Origin: Candidatus Delongbacteria bacterium
GTDB taxonomy: Bacteria > CAIWAD01
Length of the DNA stretch: 64,000 nt
Assembly: GCA_963663545.1 (NCBI GenBank)
Contig: OY760505.1
Coordinates: 1,504,001 to 1,568,000, forward strand
Reading direction: 5' to 3'
The position numbers were made by a program, and so were the translations under genes. A model generated the notes under the pieces. The model saw only the letters and a list, made by a program, of their open reading frames with translations, had not been told where the DNA came from and ran no database searches. Of this stretch, positions 9,976-20,110 are shown piece by piece; within the stretch, counting starts at the first letter, position 1; every line of letters begins with the position of its first letter.

Positions 9976-12060
9976 CTACCAGATTGAGACTCGTTCCACT
10001 GCCGGCAAGTACATTCGCTGGCCAGGTTGAATCGAGTAGGCGCGGTAGAACTCCTCGATCTGCATCAGAACAAGATTGGTTCGATACCGTGGCGGTGCAT
10101 GCCAGCCGCTGGCCCGTTTCAGCAGTGCTTCGGCGCCAAGTACTTCTCTCCACTTCTGAGCATAGGCCAGGAAGTATTCCTGCAGGGAATTCTGGTTGAG
10201 CTCTTCGCTTTGGCTAGCAAGCTGCAGTCCTAACCCTTCCAGAGAGATGGTCACGCCCCCCAGGTCCGCCAGGTTCTCTGCCAACTCCTTTTCACCATCC
10301 AGATACAGGGAGTCCAGCACAAGGTGGGCAGAATAGAGGCTATCCACTCTCTGCGAGGCCCTCCGGAACCGGCGGCGCGAGGGTGATTCAGCAAGGCGGG
10401 TCAGGAATCCCTTTGGCCGACCACGAGCGTCATAGGCGATTCCATTGGAATCCAGAGCGTGCGTCATCTCGTGGGCGATCATGCTACCCAGCATTGCGTA
10501 TTGTGTGGCTGGTGATGTTCTCGTGTGATACAACTGCATGACGGCGCCTGCCGGGAGTGTGACACGATTCAGGCCGGTACTGTACCAAGCGTTTGTGGAG
10601 TAGGCAGGCACCCACCATCGATATGGATCAAGGTTTTGTCCCACCGAATCGAGAAGCAGCCGTCTGCGGGTTGTTCGCATTTGCATCACACAGTCGAGGT
10701 AGCCAAGCGAGTCGACGCGTACTTGTGCAAATGCCTTAGGGCAGGCTGGCCCGCCGATGTCAATGCGCATGGCATCCAGCTTCTCCAATGCATGACGCAA
10801 AGCCACTCCGCGCAGCACTCGTCCGGTTCGCAGGCGGCGCCCAAAGGCCGTTTTCAAATTCGCAACCATCTCGCGAACACGAGCATCGGCCCCTGTATCG
10901 CGCCACTTCCGCAGATACACATGCTCCAGAATCTCCGGCAGCTCCCGGCGCACATAGAACGCAACAGAATCCGTGCCCCCAAACATAGCGACATCTTCTT
11001 TGGAATAATCCGCCCTCACGGCCTTCCAGCGGGACAGCTCGGGTATTGAACATACGGACGAGTAACTGTGTATCACGCGACAAGCGGAATAGGCCCGCAA
11101 CTCCGGTAGCGTGTAACAGGCAAACACACGCTGCAGCTCGCGAAAGTAATCCGGCTGGCCAAGATTCACCTGATCCGTTTTCGCCACCCCAAGCGCATAG
11201 AAGTAGTCGCCCCACTGCCAGCAAGGCAGAAGCTGTTCCAATTCACGTCGTGATACAGGATGCCTTGTATTCGCCGTGATCCACGCATCTTCATCACTCA
11301 TGCTGACCGAAGCAATGCAGCTGTCAATGCTCAACACTGCTGGTGCAAGCCTCCAAGCGTCAGCAGGCATGTACTCCCCTAGCGTCAGCAGAGAAACAAT
11401 AGCCTCCTTCATCTCGCTGACTGCCTCAGGATCCCGTGATGCTTGCGGATCAGCACATACCTGAAACAGAGGCCCCGCCTGCCACAGATGAAGGGGATTC
11501 CCGGGTAAGGTCTCCCAGGGCAGCGGAGTGTGTATCGCGAAGAAGATATCCTCACCCGCAAGGTGCCCGGCACAAATGGCCCTCTGCAGCTCATCAAAGT
11601 TGCGCGCACCGGCCAGTGGCCTCACTTGCTGACGCAGAAAGAGCCGGTTCTCTTCTGGAGTCTGCAATTGTGCTGCATGCACAAAGTGGCTCAGCTGACG
11701 AGCCAGGGGGTCTGTGTCACGTCCGTCAAGATCACCTGTGCAGAGCTGAATCAGGCTGTTTGCATTGTCTTCATCCGATAGATCGTAAAAACCGTAGCTG
11801 CCCTTCCCGGCGGGTAGTGAGTAACCTGATAGCCATGCTCCATTGGCGAACTGATAGAAATCATCGCCCGGGGCAACGGCCATATCCATCAGGCTGGAAT
11901 CAATCTGCGCAGAAGTGCAAGACTGAAATGCGATCGCATTCTCCATCTGCACGGCAACGGCCTCATTCACGGTGGGCGAAGCGATCAGCATCACTAGAAC
12001 AAGCTGGACTGTGATACAACAGCACGTGCTTTTCACGACTACCTCACTTTGATGAGACAA
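9976..12060 (-). CDS. M13 family (neprilysin/PepO-like) metallopeptidase
   Basis: PGDDFYQFANGAW, NAWY, HEMTH, ENLADLGG, HAPPRYR. Confidence 0.88.
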   Translation of the reverse strand: MSHQSEVVVKSTCCCITVQLVLVMLIASPTVNEAVAVQMENAIAFQSCTSAQIDSSLMDMAVAPGDDFYQFANGAWLSGYSLPAGKGSYGFYDLSDEDNANSLIQLCTGDLDGRDTDPLARQLSHFVHAAQLQTPEENRLFLRQQVRPLAGARNFDELQRAICAGHLAGEDIFFAIHTPLPWETLPGNPLHLWQAGPLFQVCADPQASRDPEAVSEMKEAIVSLLTLGEYMPADAWRLAPAVLSIDSCIASVSMSDEDAWITANTRHPVSRRELEQLLPCWQWGDYFYALGVAKTDQVNLGQPDYFRELQRVFACYTLPELRAYSACRVIHSYSSVCSIPELSRWKAVRADYSKEDVAMFGGTDSVAFYVRRELPEILEHVYLRKWRDTGADARVREMVANLKTAFGRRLRTGRVLRGVALRHALEKLDAMRIDIGGPACPKAFAQVRVDSLGYLDCVMQMRTTRRRLLLDSVGQNLDPYRWWVPAYSTNAWYSTGLNRVTLPAGAVMQLYHTRTSPATQYAMLGSMIAHEMTHALDSNGIAYDARGRPKGFLTRLAESPSRRRFRRASQRVDSLYSAHLVLDSLYLDGEKELAENLADLGGVTISLEGLGLQLASQSEELNQNSLQEYFLAYAQKWREVLGAEALLKRASGWHAPPRYRTNLVLMQIEEFYRAYSIQPGQRMYLPAVERVSIW

Positions 12061-12166
12061 GAAAAGCTTCGCTCAGGGGAATGACAACCGGGAACTGTGA
12101 GTGTCGTGGAATGTGCCCAAGCTGCAGGTAAAACCTCGCACCGGCGATCCCGTGGGCTGAAACGAG

Positions 12167-12193
12167 AAACGGCGACCTCGCTGGCCGCCGTTT
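12167..12193 (-). terminator. Intrinsic terminator downstream of tRNA-Lys
   Basis: Minus-strand hairpin AAACGGCGGCC-agcga-GGTCGCCGTTT followed by T-rich sequence. Confidence 0.6.
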
Positions 12194-12199
12194 AAATAG

Positions 12200-12271
12200 T
12201 GAGGGTGGAAGGAATCGAACCTTCGACCGACGCCTTAAAAGGGCGCTGCTCTACCGCTGAGCTACACCCCC
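12200..12271 (-). tRNA. tRNA-Lys (anticodon TTT), CCA not encoded
   Basis: GGGGGTG acceptor stem, TAGCTCAG D-arm, anticodon loop CTTTTAA, GGTTCGATTCC T-loop. Confidence 0.96.
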
Positions 12272-12331
12272 ACTGGAGCCGGAAAAGATAGGGCAGAGAA
12301 GCTAGAAGAGCAAATTGCTCGACTCACGAAC

Positions 12332-13135
12332 CTAATCGTCCTCTTCATCGAAGTCAAGATCCTCATCGTCGCCGTAGATACGACCATCCTTCGCATCAAC
12401 GCCAAGCCAGCGCGCCAGGTCGTCATCCACTCCACGCTTGCCACTACCGCGTCTGCGTCGTGGCACGGGATTACTCTGCTCGCGGCTTCGTGTATTCTGC
12501 GAAGGATCCTTGTCGAAATCGTCACTTCCTTCCTGTGCAAGCGGAGTTTCTGGAGTATCCATCGCGTCATCTTCGTCGTCGCCGAACTGGTTCATCCAGT
12601 ATTCCAGTTCTTCGTCACGCAGAGTGCCGCCGCCTTTTCGAATGCTCACACCCTTACGGCGACCGCTATCCTCTGCCTGACGCGGTCCCTGCTCCGCTTC
12701 CCAATTGGAACGGGCCTGTTCGCCCTTGCCGCTCAGTTCCTCCAGCAGAAATCCATTGCAGTACATTGGCTTTCCACCACGCTGCCGAATGCGATCTCGT
12801 AGCTGAGAATCATCGCTGACCAGAACGATTTCCAGCGCCTTACGCGCCTTGCGAACTTCCCGCAAAATGAGCCTGAGGATTTTGTCGTCAGCGCTTTCGG
12901 GTTTGACAGCCCAGATCACTGGCAACTGCGGCGGGACCTCTTCGTCGGGCAAACGCGCGCCATCCACAACAACGCGCAGCTGTTCAGGCTGCAAACGATT
13001 CAGCTGCAATAGCTCGCGATACAGAAGCGTACGAGCAGCTCCAGGATCGCGATCCAGCAGGCTGGAAAGCCCGTCAATCTTGTACAGAAGATTATAGGCG
13101 TCGATAAAGACCAAGCTGTCAGGACCGAATTTCAT
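12332..13135 (-). CDS. NYN (YacP-like PIN) domain protein with acidic tail
   Basis: IDAYNLL, SADDKI, LVSDD motifs. Confidence 0.8.
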   Translation of the reverse strand: MKFGPDSLVFIDAYNLLYKIDGLSSLLDRDPGAARTLLYRELLQLNRLQPEQLRVVVDGARLPDEEVPPQLPVIWAVKPESADDKILRLILREVRKARKALEIVLVSDDSQLRDRIRQRGGKPMYCNGFLLEELSGKGEQARSNWEAEQGPRQAEDSGRRKGVSIRKGGGTLRDEELEYWMNQFGDDEDDAMDTPETPLAQEGSDDFDKDPSQNTRSREQSNPVPRRRRGSGKRGVDDDLARWLGVDAKDGRIYGDDEDLDFDEEDD

Positions 13136-13150
13136 GGAGACATTCCAAAC

Positions 13151-13319
13151 TTATCCACAGACCATTCGCCGAAAATCTGAGACGAGTACACATTTTAGAT
13201 TTCGCGCCAATTATCGCAATCTATTTAATTTCAATATTTTAACCACACCACTACAAAGCGCTTTGGCTTATCAAGAACTTGACATTCCAGATTTCCACAA
13301 AGAATCCACAATATCCACA
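13151..13319 (+). promoter_or_regulatory. Cluster of co-oriented DnaA-box-like sites with an AT-rich segment
   Basis: TTATCCACA 13151, TTAACCACA 13239, ATTTCCACA 13291, GAATCCACA 13302, ATATCCACA 13311. Confidence 0.55.
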
Positions 13320-13361
13320 CTACACGGACACGCTTTCCGCAAGCTAGGCAAAGCTTGCCTG

Positions 13362-14360
13362 TCAACTCTGTGCAGAATCCAACTCCATCCCGCGGGGAAC
13401 GCGGTTCCGCGAGTCCCCCAGCTCTAGCTCATCACGGTCATGGTGCATTCGCAACTGCATGAAATCCCTGGCCAGAATCGCCTTGGAACCCGCCTCGAGC
13501 AAGGCTCGCTCGAAGGGTTCCATCGAGGCCAGATAACGGGTAGAAAAGTGCGTTAGCACCACATGGTGCGCCTGAGATTCGTCGGCAGCCCGTAAAGCAT
13601 CCGAAAGCGTGGAGTGCTTCGTGCGGCGCGCTTGCTCCTGCTCGGCAGGATCGAAAGTGGCCTCGTGTATAAGCAGGTCGGCACCCTGGGCCAATTGCAC
13701 CGCATTCTTGCAGTAGGCCGTATCGGTGCATATCGCCAGAGTCAGCCCCGATCGCTGCGGCCCCACCACTTCGTGCGGTTCCACGATGCGCCCATTGGCC
13801 AGTTCGACACACTCGCCCCGGATCAACCGACCGCGCTCCGGCCCGAAGGGGATCCCCAACTCCTCAGCTTTGGCTTCGTCAAACTGGCCGGGACGATGCT
13901 TCTCTTCGATGCGATAGCCAAGCGTATAGACTCGATGCTTCAGCTTGGCGGCAAAAACGCGCAGGTCTACGGTTTCAAGCACCTGCCGTGGTTCATTGAT
14001 TCCACCAAGCTCAACAATATCAATCTCATAGCTAAAATCAGTCGAGGACAGCTCGCGCATAAATTTCAGGTAGGCACGCAAACCGGGAGGTCCAAGGAGC
14101 TGCAAGGGCTCCTCGCGCTTGTTCAATTGGAAACTGCTAAGCAGCCCCACCAACCCGTAGAAATGGTCGCCGTGCAGGTGCGTAATGAAAATTCTATCGA
14201 TGCGACCACGGCGTATTCCCGAACGCAGTATCTGCAGCTGCGTCCCCTCGCCAGCGTCCACAAGCCAACTCTCACGCTCAAATTGCAACGCAAGACTGCT
14301 CACATTTCGCCGGGCCGTTGGTGTGGCGGAAGAAGTTCCCAGGAAGATAAGTTCGATCAA
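13362..14360 (-). CDS. rnz: Ribonuclease Z
   Basis: FLGTSSATPT, DAGEGTQ, THLHGDH, HEATF, THFSTRY. Confidence 0.93.
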   Translation of the reverse strand: MIELIFLGTSSATPTARRNVSSLALQFERESWLVDAGEGTQLQILRSGIRRGRIDRIFITHLHGDHFYGLVGLLSSFQLNKREEPLQLLGPPGLRAYLKFMRELSSTDFSYEIDIVELGGINEPRQVLETVDLRVFAAKLKHRVYTLGYRIEEKHRPGQFDEAKAEELGIPFGPERGRLIRGECVELANGRIVEPHEVVGPQRSGLTLAICTDTAYCKNAVQLAQGADLLIHEATFDPAEQEQARRTKHSTLSDALRAADESQAHHVVLTHFSTRYLASMEPFERALLEAGSKAILARDFMQLRMHHDRDELELGDSRNRVPRGMELDSAQS

Positions 14361-14638
14361 AACAGCCTCTTCTTTTGCGGCGTGCAAAATGATGAACGTC
14401 TCCTAGGAATGCAATTTTGCGCATTCGGTGTACCGGACTCTTGCCCCTTCAGAGCTAGATCATTATTGTTCCCGGTTCTTGAACTGTGATGCCCACGGCT
14501 ATCCCGCCCGACGCATCCCGCGGACCAGAACCTACCGCAACGGCCTCTCGGCCACAGCCGGCTCCTCTGCAGGTAGCACGAAGTGTGCGAGGACCGACTG
14601 GAGGCAACCTGCGCGCCCCTAACCAAGGAGATTCTGCC

Positions 14639-15952
14639 ATGAAGCGGATAGATCCGAAAGACGTGCATAGCGTCATCGGCAAGCACATGCTGGCGGACGC
14701 ACTCGAGATCGTCGTCGACATTCACCAGAGCAAGGGTAGTTACCTGCACGATGCACGCACAGGCAAGGACTACCTGGACATGACCAGCTTCTTTGCTTCG
14801 CAGGCTCTGGGAATGAATCACCCCGCGCTGGATAATCCCGAGTTCATCCAGGAAATCGGGCGCGCGGCTGTAAACAAAATCACCAACTCGGACTTCTACA
14901 CCCCTGAGATGGCCGAGCTGGTCGAAGTGTTTGGCGAAGTGGGCATTCCTGATTATCTGCCCCATCTGTTCTTCGTCGAGGGCGGAGGTCTGGCCGTCGA
15001 GAACGCGCTGAAGACTGCCTTTGACTGGAAGCATCGCAAGAATCTGGCCGCAGGACGCGAGGTGAAGGCGAACGATCTGAAGGTGATCCACTTCCGCAAC
15101 GCTTTCCACGGTCGCACCGGCTACACTCTGCCGCTAACCAACACCGCCGATCCGCGCAAGTACATGTACTTCCCGCTGTTTGATTGGCCGCGTCTGGATC
15201 CGCCAGCGGTCAAGTTCCCCATTGATGAGGCTGAAATCGCCCGCGTGAGCGCTGCCGAAGAGAAGTGCTTTGCCGAGATCCGCGAGACCGTTGCCAAGAA
15301 CCCCAACCAGATTGCCGCACTAATCATCGAAGGCATCATGGGCGAGGGCGGCGACAAGCATTTCCGTCCCGAGTTCATGCAGGGGCTGCGCAAGATCTGC
15401 GACGAGCTGGAAATCTTCTTCATCATTGATGAGGTGCAAAGCGGCGTCGGCATCAGCGGCAAGTTCTGGGCGCACCAGCACTACAACGTGAAGCCCGACT
15501 GCATCAGCTTTGGAAAAAAGAGCCAGGTCTGCGGCATTCTGGCCGGTCCGCGCGTCGAGGAAGTCGAGAAGCACGTCTTTGCGGAATCCAGCCGCATCAA
15601 TAGCACCTGGGGCGGCAACTTTGTCGACATGGTGCGCTTCTGTAAAATCCTGGAAGTCATTCGTGACGAGAACCTGCTGGAGAACGCCGTGGTCATGGGC
15701 GAGCGTCTGCAGAAGGGCCTGCAGGCTATCGCAGACAAGCACGACTGTGTCACAAACGTTCGCGGCAAGGGTCTCTTCTGCGCCATCGACGTTCCCGCCG
15801 ACAAGCGCCAGGCCATTCTGGATCGCTGCTACGAAAACGGCATGATCATTCTGCCCTGCGGCGATTGCTCCATCCGTTTCCGTCCCGCGCTGGCGGTCAC
15901 CGCAGATGACATTGACAAGGCGGTCGAGATCCTCGAGAAGAGCATCGCCTAA
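14639..15952 (+). CDS. lat: L-lysine 6-transaminase (class III PLP aminotransferase)
   Basis: AVENALKTAFDWK, FHGRTGY, DEVQSG, FGKK, RINSTWGG; AAGGAG RBS. Confidence 0.88.
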   Translation: MKRIDPKDVHSVIGKHMLADALEIVVDIHQSKGSYLHDARTGKDYLDMTSFFASQALGMNHPALDNPEFIQEIGRAAVNKITNSDFYTPEMAELVEVFGEVGIPDYLPHLFFVEGGGLAVENALKTAFDWKHRKNLAAGREVKANDLKVIHFRNAFHGRTGYTLPLTNTADPRKYMYFPLFDWPRLDPPAVKFPIDEAEIARVSAAEEKCFAEIRETVAKNPNQIAALIIEGIMGEGGDKHFRPEFMQGLRKICDELEIFFIIDEVQSGVGISGKFWAHQHYNVKPDCISFGKKSQVCGILAGPRVEEVEKHVFAESSRINSTWGGNFVDMVRFCKILEVIRDENLLENAVVMGERLQKGLQAIADKHDCVTNVRGKGLFCAIDVPADKRQAILDRCYENGMIILPCGDCSIRFRPALAVTADDIDKAVEILEKSIA

Positions 15953-15973
15953 GTCGATTTCCTCAGTAAGCAT

Positions 15974-15996
15974 AAGGCCCCGCATTGCGGGGCCTT
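15974..15996. terminator. Terminator hairpin between convergent lat and AraC genes
   Basis: AAGGCCCCGC-att-GCGGGGCCTT followed by T-rich tail. Confidence 0.8.
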
Positions 15997-16020
15997 TCTG
16001 TTTTCAGCTCGATTCGCGTA

Positions 16021-16986
16021 TCACAGCGGTTTGACGGGCTCGCAAATTTCCACTTCGAACAACCCTTCCGGATGCTGATCCGGGTCGTTGTGATACATCT
16101 CAAAACAGGGCCGATCATCAGGCTGGTAGCCACTCTCCGGCAGCCACTCGCCCATGATCATCTGCCAGGCCTCAGCAAACTGATCCTCACGCAGCGAGAA
16201 TTTCCCAACAACGTATAATCCGCCAGGAAGTGACATTCGACCAATATCCCCATCAGCAAGTGTGCCAGCAGGAACTTCGATGCACACACTCAGGCGCAGC
16301 TTCTCCTCCTCCGTCACTTCCGGGTTGTCGTGATACACGCAAAGAATGGATCCATCTTCCTTCAGCAATCCGCGCGGTCCGGCCCATTCGCAAAGACGCC
16401 CGATCAGTCTGCCAAAAAGCGCCCCGTCTCCGGCATAAGGTCCCACGTGGCGAATGTAGGCCACTTCCATTGCGGGTAATTCCCGCACTTGCACATCGGC
16501 AGTCAACTTGCTCATCGAAATCCTCCAGCGTTGTTGCAATTGATCTGCCTCAAGGTAGTCCAGCGCGCTGCCCCCGGCTTCGCCGATCCTGCGCATCGTT
16601 TGTCCATTCCTGCTATTTCTCGCATGTGTATCACGCCACTCACTTGGACTCATGCCGTGCTGTTGACGAAAGGCCTTGCTGAACGCGGCCGGGCTGGCGA
16701 ATCCTGCATCAAAGGCGATTTGTGTCACAGAGTCTCCGCCCGTGTGACAGAGCTTATCGGCGGCCTTCTCCAGGCGTACGCGACGTAGGAACGCATAGAG
16801 ACTCTCGCCAACGAGGGCCCTGAAAATGCGGCTAAAATGGTAAGGCGAAAAGCTGGCTACTTCCGCCAGTGTCTTCACCGTTAAGGTCTCACTCAGGTGC
16901 TGCTCGATGTAATCCAGTACGCGATTGATGCGTGCAATATACTCGCGGCGGCTAGAGGCCGCACCCTCTCTGCTCCAAGGACTCAT
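16021..16986 (-). CDS. AraC-family regulator with C-terminal GyrI-like domain
   Basis: FSPYHFSRIF, GFASPAAFSKAF, YIRHVGPY, WLPESGY; probable start 16986. Confidence 0.88.
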   Translation of the reverse strand: MSPWSREGAASSRREYIARINRVLDYIEQHLSETLTVKTLAEVASFSPYHFSRIFRALVGESLYAFLRRVRLEKAADKLCHTGGDSVTQIAFDAGFASPAAFSKAFRQQHGMSPSEWRDTHARNSRNGQTMRRIGEAGGSALDYLEADQLQQRWRISMSKLTADVQVRELPAMEVAYIRHVGPYAGDGALFGRLIGRLCEWAGPRGLLKEDGSILCVYHDNPEVTEEEKLRLSVCIEVPAGTLADGDIGRMSLPGGLYVVGKFSLREDQFAEAWQMIMGEWLPESGYQPDDRPCFEMYHNDPDQHPEGLFEVEICEPVKPL

Positions 16987-17083
16987 TGCTGCTCCACTAT
17001 TTTCTGCATCGTGCACGAAGATAGCGATGCCTCCGCGACCGGCCACAACTGGCACCCTTCCTTTGCAAGTGCGACCTTGCAAC

Positions 17084-17905
17084 ATGCCTGTATTGGAACT
17101 GGATCTACCCAAAGTGCGCGCCCACCTGGTGCGTTTTCTGCGTGAGGCCGTCGAGGATTCCGGCTTCGCGCGCGTGGTGCTGGGGCTCTCCGGCGGAATC
17201 GACTCCGCGCTGGCTGCGGCGATTGCTGCAGAAGCTCTTGGTCCGCAGAATGTACTCGGCCTGGAAATGCCCTGGCGCACTAGCAGCGCAGGCTCGCTAT
17301 TGGATGCCGACGCCGTCGCCGATCACTTGGGCATACAAGTGCGCCGCATCGAAATCACGCGCCCCGTCGAAGAGCTGGCTGCACTTCTGCCAGAGCCGAC
17401 TCCGCTGCGGCTGGGCAATATCATGGCCCGCGTACGCATGATCTGCATCTTCGATGCAGCCGCCGAGACCGCCGCGCTGCCGCTGGGCACCTCCAACAAG
17501 AGCGAACTGCTGCTGGGTTACGGCACCTGGTACGGCGACCTGGCGAGCGCCATCAACCCTCTGGGCGACCTCTATAAGACACAGGTCTTTGCTCTGTCGC
17601 GCGAATTTGGGCTGCCCACCTGCGTCATCGAAAAAGCTCCCTCCGCTGACTTGGAAGAAGGTCAGACCGACGAGAGCGACCTGGGCTGGGAATACAGCCT
17701 GATCGACCAGATACTATTGCGCTACGCTGACCTTCGCTGGACACGGGAACGCATCAAGGCAGACGGCTACCCCGTCGAGGCAGTGGACAGTCTGCTGGAC
17801 CGTGTATCACGCCAGCATTTCAAACGCCTCACACCCGTGATACCCAAAATCAGCCCGCGTACCTTCAACTTGGACTGGCTCTATCGCAGGGACAGCAAGC
17901 GATGA
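17084..17905 (+). CDS. nadE: NH3-dependent NAD+ synthetase
   Basis: GLSGGIDS, GNIMARVRM, GTSNKSE, DLYKTQV, PSADL. Confidence 0.93.
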   Translation: MPVLELDLPKVRAHLVRFLREAVEDSGFARVVLGLSGGIDSALAAAIAAEALGPQNVLGLEMPWRTSSAGSLLDADAVADHLGIQVRRIEITRPVEELAALLPEPTPLRLGNIMARVRMICIFDAAAETAALPLGTSNKSELLLGYGTWYGDLASAINPLGDLYKTQVFALSREFGLPTCVIEKAPSADLEEGQTDESDLGWEYSLIDQILLRYADLRWTRERIKADGYPVEAVDSLLDRVSRQHFKRLTPVIPKISPRTFNLDWLYRRDSKR

Positions 17906-18636
17906 AAGGCCGGCTGTTTCTAGTGCCCACGCCCATCGGCAATCTGGCAGACATGACGCCGCGCGCAGTGGAGGTGCTTTCGCAGGCGGATTTGATCGCT
18001 TGCGAGGATACGCGCACGTCACGCCGTCTGCTGGACCACTTCGGTATCACGACGCCGACCACCAGCTATCATGACTTTTCAGGCGAGCGCGACCGCGACC
18101 GGCTGCTGAAGCGGCTGGAAGGCGGAGACGATGTTGCGCTGATCAGCGACGCAGGCACACCGGGGATTTCCGATCCAGCCTATAAGCTGGTGCACGAGGC
18201 GCGTCTGGCCGGTGTCACGGTCTCCGCACTGCCTGGTGCCTCCAGCATTTTGCCCGCGCTGACCGGTTGCGGATTGCCCTGCGATCGCTTCCGCTACATG
18301 GGCTTTGTTCCGCGCAAGAAAGGGCGTCAGACTTTTCTGCAGGAAGCCCTGGCCAGCGAAGAAACCAGCATCCTGCTCGAATCGCCGCACCGCGTACTCG
18401 CCACACTTGCCTTTCTTGCTGAGGCTGAGCCGGAACGAATGCTTGGTGTAGCACGCGAGATCAGCAAAGTGCACGAGGAATTCCTGCGTGACACATGTGC
18501 CGCGGTACTGGTACACTTCACCGAAAACGCCATTCGCGGAGAATTCGTGCTGGTGCTGGAAGGCCGTGCCGCCGCAGAAAAGCGTCTACGCAAGGCTGAG
18601 AACGACAACACGCATCACGAAGGAGTCCCCTACTAG
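17902..18636 (+). CDS. rsmI: 16S rRNA C1402 2'-O-methyltransferase
   Basis: TPIGNL, CEDTR, SDAGTPGISDP, ESPHR, REISK. Confidence 0.95.
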   Translation: MKGRLFLVPTPIGNLADMTPRAVEVLSQADLIACEDTRTSRRLLDHFGITTPTTSYHDFSGERDRDRLLKRLEGGDDVALISDAGTPGISDPAYKLVHEARLAGVTVSALPGASSILPALTGCGLPCDRFRYMGFVPRKKGRQTFLQEALASEETSILLESPHRVLATLAFLAEAEPERMLGVAREISKVHEEFLRDTCAAVLVHFTENAIRGEFVLVLEGRAAAEKRLRKAENDNTHHEGVPY

Positions 18637-19451
18637 TGTTCCCGACAATCTTTCAGGCAGGCCCCTTCCGCCTCAGTTCTTATGGGTTGATGATCACGCT
18701 GGCCTTCATCGCAGGTGTATCACTCAGTTCCTGGCGCTCACGCCGCCGGGGCTATCCACCGAACTTCATTCAAGACCTGGCCGTTGTGGTACTTGTCTCC
18801 TCTATCTTCGGAGCACGTCTGCTCTACATCGTGACACATCTTGAAGAATTCGCAGGTCAGTGGTGGCGCACCATTGTACCTATTCAGAGCGACGGCACTA
18901 TCGGCATTGCAGGACTGGTTCTGCTGGGCGGGGTGCTGGGAGCAATCCCCGCAGGTATCTGGTACACACTCCGCAAAGGGCAAAGCGTAACACGCACCAT
19001 GGATATCGTTGCACCGGCTATGGCACTGGGTATTGCCATTGGTCGCGTGGGTTGTCTCCTCAATGGTTGCTGTTTCGGCAAACCCTGCAGCGCTCCGTGG
19101 GCTATTCACTTTCCCGCCGACAGCTGGCCCTCATACATGTATCACGGGCTGGCGCTGCATCCGACGCAGATCTATTCAATGGGGTGGAATCTGCTGACAG
19201 CGCTTTTCCTTTTGTGGTACGACAGCCGCAGACATGCGCCGGGTCAGGCCTTCGCCCTCTTTCTCGTCCTCTACGGCCCCGGTCGTTTCGTGGTCGAGTT
19301 CTTCCGCTACTACGAGCAGAGCATGAAGCTCTTTGCGATTGGCAATTGGCAAGTAACCGTCAGCCAGCTCATCAGCCTCGGCATGGTGGCGGGTGGTCTC
19401 TGGTTGTATCACGAATTCGGTCGCAGGCACCGCGCGGGAGTCGAACTGTGA
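18636..19451 (+). CDS. lgt: Prolipoprotein diacylglyceryl transferase
   Basis: GARLLY, GRVGCLLNGCCFG, HPTQIY, RFVVEFFR. Confidence 0.92.
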   Translation: MFPTIFQAGPFRLSSYGLMITLAFIAGVSLSSWRSRRRGYPPNFIQDLAVVVLVSSIFGARLLYIVTHLEEFAGQWWRTIVPIQSDGTIGIAGLVLLGGVLGAIPAGIWYTLRKGQSVTRTMDIVAPAMALGIAIGRVGCLLNGCCFGKPCSAPWAIHFPADSWPSYMYHGLALHPTQIYSMGWNLLTALFLLWYDSRRHAPGQAFALFLVLYGPGRFVVEFFRYYEQSMKLFAIGNWQVTVSQLISLGMVAGGLWLYHEFGRRHRAGVEL

Positions 19452-20110
19452 CACGCGCACTGGTCATCAGTCTGGAAGGCAGCGACGGGGCAGGCAAGGG
19501 AACGCAGCTCCAGGCCATTCAGCAATGGCTGGACGAGCGCGGCTTCTCGTATCGCACTTTTCGCGAACCCGGCGGGTCACGCATCTCTGAGCAGATTCGT
19601 GCGGTACTCCTGGCACCCGAAAACACGGCAATGACGGGCGATACCGAATTACTGCTCTACACAGCCAGTCGCCTCCAACTGATCCACGAATGTCTTCTGC
19701 CGCTGCTGCCAGTGCTGGACGTGCTGCTCTTGGATCGCTACAACGATTCCACCACCGCCTATCAGGGTTTCGGTCGCCGGTTGGAGCGGGAAACCGTGGA
19801 AAATTGTCGCCGTCTGGTGCGCCGCCATTTGTGGCCGGACCGCACCTACTGGCTGGATCTGGACCCTGACATGGGCCTGCGCCGTGTGGAGATGCGGGAC
19901 GAAGGAATTCGGGATCGTCTGGAGCAGGAAGAACTCAGCTTCTTCCAACGAGTCCGCGAAGGCTATCAGTACTTGGCTGCGGAGGAACCCGGACGCATCC
20001 TGCGCGTTGATGCCGAATTGCCTCCGGCAGAAGTAAGCGGCCTGATTCTGAAGGATCTGGAAGGCTGCTTGAATGCCGGCGGGCGCAAAGTCCCAAGGAG
20101 TACGCCATGA
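19448..20110 (+). CDS. tmk: Thymidylate kinase
   Basis: EGSDGAGK, REPGG, DRYNDSTTAYQG; GTG start overlapping the lgt stop. Confidence 0.93.
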   Translation: MTRALVISLEGSDGAGKGTQLQAIQQWLDERGFSYRTFREPGGSRISEQIRAVLLAPENTAMTGDTELLLYTASRLQLIHECLLPLLPVLDVLLLDRYNDSTTAYQGFGRRLERETVENCRRLVRRHLWPDRTYWLDLDPDMGLRRVEMRDEGIRDRLEQEELSFFQRVREGYQYLAAEEPGRILRVDAELPPAEVSGLILKDLEGCLNAGGRKVPRSTP

